Of a stretch of DNA of 64,000 nucleotides, positions 57,641 through 64,000 are shown piece after piece; position 1 is the first letter of the stretch; each line of letters starts with the position of its first letter. The notes beneath the pieces are model-generated. The model saw only the letters and a list, made by a program, of their open reading frames with translations. It was not told the origin of the DNA and did not search any database. The DNA is from Chthoniobacteraceae bacterium (lineage in GTDB: Bacteria; Verrucomicrobiota; Verrucomicrobiia; Chthoniobacterales; Chthoniobacteraceae), in the NCBI GenBank assembly GCA_037190965.1, contig JBBCKI010000019.1, forward strand, positions 51,537-115,536. Reading direction: 5' to 3'. Position numbers and translations under genes: made by a program.

Positions 57641-59563
57641 TCATTTTCCGGATTTGACCCTGGCGCCTCGGGTAGCGCCTAAAGGGGGGAGGCACCTCAA
57701 ATAATCCGGCACGGCATAATCGCCCGACTTGATCTGGGAGGCAGTCACATCCTTTCGTATAAAGCGGAGATAGAAGCCCCAGGCCGCCCCATTGTTCAAG
57801 TCCATCGCGATCCGGATCTCATGAACCCCAGCAGCGAGGGAGATCGTTTTGCGACTCTCGTCAGGGAAGCTGGGGTTGGTGCCGGCCAGGTCCTGAAAAA
57901 GCGGCTTTCGGTTAAGCCACAGGCGAAACGGACCATCATAACCCATCAAAAATTCTAGTCGCATCGGCTTAGGTAGGCGGAGTTGGGTGCTAAAATAGGC
58001 GTGGCCAGACTTGCCAGCCCAGCGTGGATACTCGTTAACAAAACCTTCAGGTGCCTCTGTATACGTTCGAAGCACAGGCCGATGGGCATCAATATCAACC
58101 AGATGGACCTTTGCTAAAGAGGCGGAAGTCGGAATAACCTTGGATACCTTCCAGGTGGTGACGAATGGGAGAAATGCCGTTGGTTTTAAGATCGGAATAG
58201 GCCCGAAAACGGGCAGAGCGAATCCCCGTCCATCGACAATATTGCAATATGGCGTGAGTCCATGCCCGTAAGCCACTGAATGCGGTCGAGGCCCCCAAGG
58301 GCTTCGGTAGATCCTTACCGTGTTACCGTGAAGGGTGGTTTTGTAGATGGTCACTAAATTTTTTCCCTCTTTATCCAGAACGGAAAATCCATTGGGAGCC
58401 CCCACTGAATGAAGTCCGCCAACCACATCTTTGAATCGGATCTCCAATATCGAAGTAGTTCCTTTGATGGGTAACAAAGTGATCTTGTCCAACTGCGGGG
58501 GGCGCAACTCGCGCCGATTTCCCAAAACAAGACGATCGGCAACCCTGGCCATGCGCGCCGCTAACAGGGGATATGAGTCCGAGCTGATATGGATCTGATC
58601 GTCAAGCAGCAGGTCGATGGCGGCGACTGTCTCCAGGTGCTTGATCCATCCGGGCAACTGCCGCTGCTGTTCCTGGATGGAGTTCCAGGCTTGAACGCCC
58701 TGTTCTGGGCGCCGTTCGATCACTCGTGCCAGCTGGACCATGATCCAGGGCAGGCGAGGCTGGCGCAGATTCCGACGGGTTGCTGCGACAAGGCGCTTCA
58801 TTCTTTCGGTATAGTGAGGCGCACTTTCGACATTCGCGTCACTCTCTCCCTGATACCAGAGGAGCCCGGCAACTGGTTGTCCCGTGGCGCGCACTGAAGC
58901 CAGCATGGAAGCATAGAGCGATTCTCCCTTTAGCTTTTTTCGCTGCGGACTCCACTGCTCCATGCTGGTTCCACCATGAGCGGCACAAATCAACCCTTGG
59001 GGCACCCCTGAGCGCTCCAGCATTTCGCGCCCGAAATAGACGCCGACTCCCACGCCTTTGGTTGCTGCTTTTCGCAATTGCTCCCCAACTTCGGGGGTGC
59101 ATTGCGCTCCTTCGCGATGGCAGGCATCGGGCGACTCGGACAAAATGTGGATCGGGTCGATGGCCTTGCGCCAAATCCGGCGCATCGAAAAGGCACGAAC
59201 CAATGCGTGAGGAACGGCTGCGCCCTCGCGGTTGCCATAACCCTCCATATTGCTCTGCCCGGCCAGAATCCAGACATCGCCGACAAAAAACTCCTTGATG
59301 CGCGCCGACTCTCCCTGCCTTGTGCACAACTCGAGGCGGTACGGGCCTCCCGCAGGGATGCCTGAAAGCTGAATGGAGAAACATCCACCCGAAACCTCTC
59401 CAAGCCGCCGCGCTTTCCAGCCTATCAGACTCCCTTTGCTATTGGAAATTGTCGCGAATAACGGACCTGCTTCGCTAACCATGCCGGAAATGAGAACATT
59501 TGCGCCTTTCCGTCCAAGGCGTTGCAAAACCTGCCCCTCGGCAAGACCTTCGATTAATTTCAT
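57641..59563 (-). CDS. Sialate O-acetylesterase (SASA/DUF303, SGNH) with C-terminal beta-sandwich domain
   Basis: GDVW.LAGQSNM, GGT....W, WYQGESD, DQIH. Confidence 0.85.
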   Translation of the reverse strand: MKLIEGLAEGQVLQRLGRKGANVLISGMVSEAGPLFATISNSKGSLIGWKARRLGEVSGGCFSIQLSGIPAGGPYRLELCTRQGESARIKEFFVGDVWILAGQSNMEGYGNREGAAVPHALVRAFSMRRIWRKAIDPIHILSESPDACHREGAQCTPEVGEQLRKAATKGVGVGVYFGREMLERSGVPQGLICAAHGGTSMEQWSPQRKKLKGESLYASMLASVRATGQPVAGLLWYQGESDANVESAPHYTERMKRLVAATRRNLRQPRLPWIMVQLARVIERRPEQGVQAWNSIQEQQRQLPGWIKHLETVAAIDLLLDDQIHISSDSYPLLAARMARVADRLVLGNRRELRPPQLDKITLLPIKGTTSILEIRFKDVVGGLHSVGAPNGFSVLDKEGKNLVTIYKTTLHGNTVRIYRSPWGPRPHSVAYGHGLTPYCNIVDGRGFALPVFGPIPILKPTAFLPFVTTWKVSKVIPTSASLAKVHLVDIDAHRPVLRTYTEAPEGFVNEYPRWAGKSGHAYFSTQLRLPKPMRLEFLMGYDGPFRLWLNRKPLFQDLAGTNPSFPDESRKTISLAAGVHEIRIAMDLNNGAAWGFYLRFIRKDVTASQIKSGDYAVPDYLRCLPPLGATRGARVKSGK

Positions 59564-59720
59564 GGTGCTTTGCTTTCAAAGGAAAATCTATCCATCAAGG
59601 GGCAACTAATCATCACCCCGGGTGATCGGAACGCTTTTGATCTCGAGAGTCCGAATCCGTATTCAATCCCTCTACAGCCCTGTAGAAACTCGCAATTTGA
59701 ATGGAAACTGAAAAAAATCA

Positions 59721-59750
59721 TCGACAATCTTTAACTCTATAGGTAGAGTT
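59721..59750 (+). promoter_or_regulatory. sigma70 promoter overlapped by a palindromic operator
   Basis: TCGACA-N17-TAGAGT; AACTCTA-N4-TAGAGTT palindrome at 59733-59750. Confidence 0.65.
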
Positions 59751-59758
59751 TGTTCAAC

Positions 59759-60898
59759 GTGAACCTGCCCACGCAAAATTCCTTTACCGCTGACCAGGAG
59801 CCGAAGCACATCGCGCTACGCCGGGCGCTCCTCGAGGTCATCCAACGAAGTGCGCCAAACACACCGCTGCCGAGTTACTCGCAGATTGTCCGCGAATATG
59901 GGGTAGTGCAGACGACAATTGACCGTGTCTGGCGAGAGCTGGAAGCCGACGGATTGATTGTGCGCAAACACGGCAAGGGAATCTTCGTCTCGCCGCGCGC
60001 AAAGCAGATCAACATCGGTCTCGTTTTCGGTGTGAATGTTTTTGGAACCGCCATTTCTCCGTTTTACGGCACCCTTCTGCAGCGATGCCAACAGCGTACC
60101 CAGACTCACAACGAGCATTTTTCCTTTTATCTTGATCTGCCAACGACACAACTCGGCGGCGTGTCATTTCCCGCGCACCGAGACTTGGTGGAAGACATCG
60201 AGGCGAGCAAGCTGCACGGAATTCTGTTGGTGTCTCGTCACAGTGAGGAGCAGGAAAATTGGTTACGGCAGCAGAATATTCCAGTCGTTGCTTTCGCTCC
60301 TGAAATGCGCACCAAGGATGTCGTCGGGATTGATTACGGAGAATTGGTGCGATTGGGCGTTGAATCCCTGGCCGCTCAAGGGTGCAAGCGCATCGCCTTG
60401 ATGACTGGCCTCGGCCATGCCAGATCCCACACGCCTCCTTTTAGGGAGGACACGCAGGCGTACGAAAAGACGCTTCGTCGATTGGGGTTGGAGTGCCGGC
60501 CCGAATGGATCTGGGAACCCGATGCACCGATCGAAAGGAAGAAAGGCGGAGCTTGGATCGAAGACGGGCGGCAGGGAATGCGCGCGTTGCTCGAAGGCTC
60601 GCGCGATACCGTTCCCGATGGCATTGTCATCACCGACGATATCATGACCGACGGAGCGCTGCTTGCAGCACAAAAGATGAAACTGGTCGTTGGTCGGGAA
60701 ATCAGGATTGCCAGTCATTCCAACAAAGAATCACCGATACTTCATCGCTATGATGAATTTCTTACACTAATCGAGATCGATACAGACGACATCGTCGAGG
60801 CGATGTTCAACATGCTGGAAGGTCAGATCAGTGGGAGGAAACAGAACAAGCGAACGGTTCTGGTGAAACCGAAGGTCCACGTCCGAGGCGACGACTGA
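59759..60898 (+). CDS. GntR-HTH / LacI-type effector domain transcriptional regulator
   Basis: LPS......YGV...T......L..DG.I....GKG.FV, then sugar-binding domain with PDGIVITDD; GTG 59759 preferred because TTG 59750 abuts the -10 box. Confidence 0.9.
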   Translation: MNLPTQNSFTADQEPKHIALRRALLEVIQRSAPNTPLPSYSQIVREYGVVQTTIDRVWRELEADGLIVRKHGKGIFVSPRAKQINIGLVFGVNVFGTAISPFYGTLLQRCQQRTQTHNEHFSFYLDLPTTQLGGVSFPAHRDLVEDIEASKLHGILLVSRHSEEQENWLRQQNIPVVAFAPEMRTKDVVGIDYGELVRLGVESLAAQGCKRIALMTGLGHARSHTPPFREDTQAYEKTLRRLGLECRPEWIWEPDAPIERKKGGAWIEDGRQGMRALLEGSRDTVPDGIVITDDIMTDGALLAAQKMKLVVGREIRIASHSNKESPILHRYDEFLTLIEIDTDDIVEAMFNMLEGQISGRKQNKRTVLVKPKVHVRGDD

Positions 60899-60972
60899 CG
60901 CCCGACAGGATCGACTGGTTAGCATTTTCCAAAAACCGAGCCAACCCAAGCCCCCAAAAAGGAGAAGCTCAC

Positions 60973-63549
60973 ATGAAATCGAACCCGCGTGCCCGGATCG
61001 GGGAGATCGCAAAGTCGAGATTGGCAGGCCTCACGCTGGCGCTAGCTATTTTATTGGCGGGCGTCGCTCCGTCACAAGCAGCCGTTCTTGCACAAGATGA
61101 TTTTTCTGATGGAAACTACACTAGCAGTCCCTCGTGGACGACGGTAAATCCTGGATTATACCAGGTTACCGGAGGGAAGCTTAAGATGTATAATGCTTCC
61201 ACTGCTGCGCCGTTAGCTCTTGGCTTCACGATGGCCTCCAACACTCCATTGATGATATCCTTGCAATTGCAGAACGAGATCTTCAATGCCGATGGGCATT
61301 GGTTTATGCTCAGCCTTCGGGACAGTGTCTCTGGAAGGGGTTACTCCGTGGTAGGGAGTGGTTCCCCCAATGCCTTTGGAACCAGTCCTAACGGAAGTGG
61401 ATTCGGATTTGGGAACTACGGTGTTATTGCTGCCCCTGGCGTAGTAGGGCAGCGATTGAATCAGAATACGATATCCCAGACTTTGGTGCTCACATTCGAT
61501 CCAACGACGCAACAGGTGACCTTGACAAAGGATGGAACGACAGTCGCCTCGTTCGTCGGAGCGAACGCTCTCGCAAGTGTAGATACTTTGGACCTGCGCC
61601 TGTCGCATTATTCAGGCGGCCCCGCGCGTCTGGTCGATGATATCACAATTTCGACTTCCGACCCCGCCATTTTGGCGAAAGATGACTTTGCCGATGGTGA
61701 CTACTCCATAAACCCGGCATGGACAACATTGAATACCGCCTTTTATCAGGTTGTCTCCGGAAAATTGAAGGCACTCAACGGCTCCCTCACTGCGCCACTT
61801 TCAATAGGGTTTGCAATGGCGGATGACACGCCATTGACGATTTCATTGCAACTGCAGAACGAGATTTTCAATGTTGACGGCCACTGGTTCATGATGAGCA
61901 TCCGAGATAGTGTCTCCGGCCTTGGCTATTCCGTCACGGGTAGCGGCCTGGCGACTGCTTTCGGAGCAGGGGCGAGCGCCAGTGGATTCGGGCTGGGAAA
62001 TTATGGAACCATCACCGCACCCGGCGTGCCCGGCCAGCGGCTAAATCAAAACACGATCTCTCAGAATCTCGTCCTGACCTTTGATCCACTTACCCAACGA
62101 GTAACTCTGAAGAAAGACGGAACAACGGTGGCTTCCTTTGTGGGGGCCAATAATCTGGCTAGTGTTGACAGTCTTGATCTCCGTCTTTCCAACTATGGTG
62201 GCGGTCCCGGCCGATTCGTAGATGACGTCTTGATCAAAGGCCGACGGCCAAAGGCAGATCTTCCGCCGGATTGGGTTCCCCTCGGAGCATATCTTAGCTG
62301 GGAGAGGCCTACCGCTTTGGCGCAATATCGAGGCGTCGATCGCTGGCAGGATATCGAGGACCGGCTCGACCAGCTTGTGGAGAATTCAGTCGATACTTTG
62401 TGGGTCTCGAACTTGCTGGAGGCCGACACGCCCCGATTGATTGAAGAATGCGAGATGCGTGGTCTGCGGCTGATCGCTTCGCTGAACACGGTTGAAGCGA
62501 AGGTTCCCGGGCGTTTAGATAGTCCAACCTACTATAACACAGCCATTCCCCGTGTGGTGAATCTGGCTGGTGATTCAAACACTCTCGCCGCCTGGGTGCT
62601 CAGCGATGAACCGGGGAGTGCGGAAATTGCAAAGCTGGAAGCGCTTCGTCAGAAGTTCCGCTATTACGATCCTGAGCGTTTCTGCCTGACAGTCGCCATG
62701 TGGCCACAGGTGCCAGCCGTCGTGCAACAGACCAATCACCCCGTTTTCTGCGTGGATTTGTACCCATTCTTCGGCCCGAATGATCCGAACGGTCCCCACA
62801 CAGACAGTGACAGCCGATTATTCTTTCGCTCAAAGGCGGCCGTCATGGTCAATTCCATCGGCGAAGGGGAAGCTGTCGGTTGGGTGATGGCACAGTGTTT
62901 CAGCGAGATTTGGGGGCCCCGCCGCTTTGATGTGAATGGTCACCTGATTGGATTAGCTGGATCTTATCTCCATTGGAAATGCCCGACACTGGCGGAGATG
63001 CGCTGGCAAGTCTGGGAATCGCTCCGCAGCGGGAGCAAAGGAATCATCATTTACATGGTGGCTCCCGAAGCACCGAACCCGGCGACGGAGACAGCTCCTT
63101 CTCCTACAAGTGTGCCTCCCTCGATCCTTGCAACGCAAGTGACAGATCTTGGTCCCAATGCTTTGACAAAGCCAGATTCGACCGCAACGCCACAACTCCA
63201 GGAGTTAGGCATCGCCTATCGGCGAATTCGTCCGCACGCCGCACTCATTCGCCGCTGGGAAAGACTTGATTCATCCCTTTCCGGAATCACTCCTACGACC
63301 GCTCCCTTGGCAAGTGCGACCTATTTCTCCGACCCTCAAACGTCCAATCGGAGCTACTTGGTCATCATTAACGACGATCTTCAGCAGGGGAGTATCATCC
63401 CGCTTTGCCTTCCATTGAATATTGTCAGCGCCGAAGATATTGCCCGCGGAGGGTCGCTGGCGCTGACTTCTGATGTCGCAAACAATCTTAGGAGAACACA
63501 GGTTCAACTTCAAGCTGGCGAGGGAACTATTCTCCGGCTGACGCGCTAA
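60973..63549 (+). CDS. Secreted protein with two tandem 195-aa beta-rich domains and a putative glycoside hydrolase-like barrel
   Basis: RBS AAGGAG, signal peptide SQA-A, internal duplication, AWVLSDEP, VDLYP, WVMAQ, PT.AEMRWQ. Confidence 0.75.
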   Translation: MKSNPRARIGEIAKSRLAGLTLALAILLAGVAPSQAAVLAQDDFSDGNYTSSPSWTTVNPGLYQVTGGKLKMYNASTAAPLALGFTMASNTPLMISLQLQNEIFNADGHWFMLSLRDSVSGRGYSVVGSGSPNAFGTSPNGSGFGFGNYGVIAAPGVVGQRLNQNTISQTLVLTFDPTTQQVTLTKDGTTVASFVGANALASVDTLDLRLSHYSGGPARLVDDITISTSDPAILAKDDFADGDYSINPAWTTLNTAFYQVVSGKLKALNGSLTAPLSIGFAMADDTPLTISLQLQNEIFNVDGHWFMMSIRDSVSGLGYSVTGSGLATAFGAGASASGFGLGNYGTITAPGVPGQRLNQNTISQNLVLTFDPLTQRVTLKKDGTTVASFVGANNLASVDSLDLRLSNYGGGPGRFVDDVLIKGRRPKADLPPDWVPLGAYLSWERPTALAQYRGVDRWQDIEDRLDQLVENSVDTLWVSNLLEADTPRLIEECEMRGLRLIASLNTVEAKVPGRLDSPTYYNTAIPRVVNLAGDSNTLAAWVLSDEPGSAEIAKLEALRQKFRYYDPERFCLTVAMWPQVPAVVQQTNHPVFCVDLYPFFGPNDPNGPHTDSDSRLFFRSKAAVMVNSIGEGEAVGWVMAQCFSEIWGPRRFDVNGHLIGLAGSYLHWKCPTLAEMRWQVWESLRSGSKGIIIYMVAPEAPNPATETAPSPTSVPPSILATQVTDLGPNALTKPDSTATPQLQELGIAYRRIRPHAALIRRWERLDSSLSGITPTTAPLASATYFSDPQTSNRSYLVIINDDLQQGSIIPLCLPLNIVSAEDIARGGSLALTSDVANNLRRTQVQLQAGEGTILRLTR

Positions 63550-63605
63550 GGAGCCCGGACTTCTTCTGTCGCACTTAGTTCCCCCTCACGTAAAACCAAA
63601 ACATC

Positions 63606-64000
63606 ATGCACGCTGGAAAGCCCTCAACTTGCCGCTCTGAAGTGGCTTTTACTATCATAGAACTGCTGGTGACCATCGCCATTCTTGCTGTTCTTTTGAT
63701 CTTATCGATGTCGGCAATCTCCGGTGCCCGCTTTAGGTCAAATCTCGCCAAGTGCCTTAATAACCATAAGCAGATTACGACGGCATACCAGCTCTATCTT
63801 GCCGACCGAAACAACATGCTGTGGTTTCGACCTAAGGATAGTCAGTGGAGCCAGGGTTCCGGCGCCCTGTATGGGCAGCAGACTTACGCTAATCCCGGAG
63901 GCTTTTGCACCCTGCTTGAACTTTACGGATTGAAGCGCGCCGTCTGGAATGCAGACAAGCCAATCCCCGACCGGACATCAACCGTTTGGTATTGTCCAAC
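63606..64000 (+). CDS. Prepilin-type N-terminal cleavage/methylation protein, 3' truncated (not in the ORF track)
   Basis: Manual translation: MHAGKPSTCRSEVAFTIIELLVTIAILAVLL...AKCLNNHKQI...WYCP; open to the window edge. Confidence 0.85.
   Translation, partial: MHAGKPSTCRSEVAFTIIELLVTIAILAVLLILSMSAISGARFRSNLAKCLNNHKQITTAYQLYLADRNNMLWFRPKDSQWSQGSGALYGQQTYANPGGFCTLLELYGLKRAVWNADKPIPDRTSTVWYCP

Overview
GC-rich bacterial chromosomal window, most likely Verrucomicrobiota (inferred from the PEP-CTERM protein, the prepilin-type sugar locus and the gene content; not verified). 1-14.8 kb is a respiratory supercluster: an ActG-like fragment, a CcoN-like protein, CcoO, a monoheme cytochrome c, an aa3-type oxidase (coxA-C-D-2 small ORFs-coxB), ctaA/ctaB, SCO, DUF420 and System II cytochrome c maturation genes. 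The CcoN-like protein has lost all six metal-ligand histidines and the cross-linked Tyr, and CoxA lacks the K-channel lysine; this is the best candidate for an undescribed system. 15-48 kb is mostly housekeeping (AhbAB-like, ECF/vWA, ruvB, folD, hisD, FGE/sulfatase, gpmI, tRNA-Leu, phoH-HD-ybeY-clpS, CPA2, queA, ilvD). It also carries two REP/REPIN-like repeat families, a candidate ~195-nt structured ncRNA and a C4-like RNA switch. 48.5-57 kb is an accessory efflux/redox module (HPP, Tat-AKR, DoxX, Tat-hemerythrin, PadR with a visible operator, ChrA, a non-canonical P-type ATPase, DUF488). 57.6-64 kb starts a polysaccharide-utilisation-like locus (esterase, GntR/LacI regulator, repeat-domain putative glycosidase, prepilin-like protein). 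All assignments are by motif recognition from memory; no searches were run.
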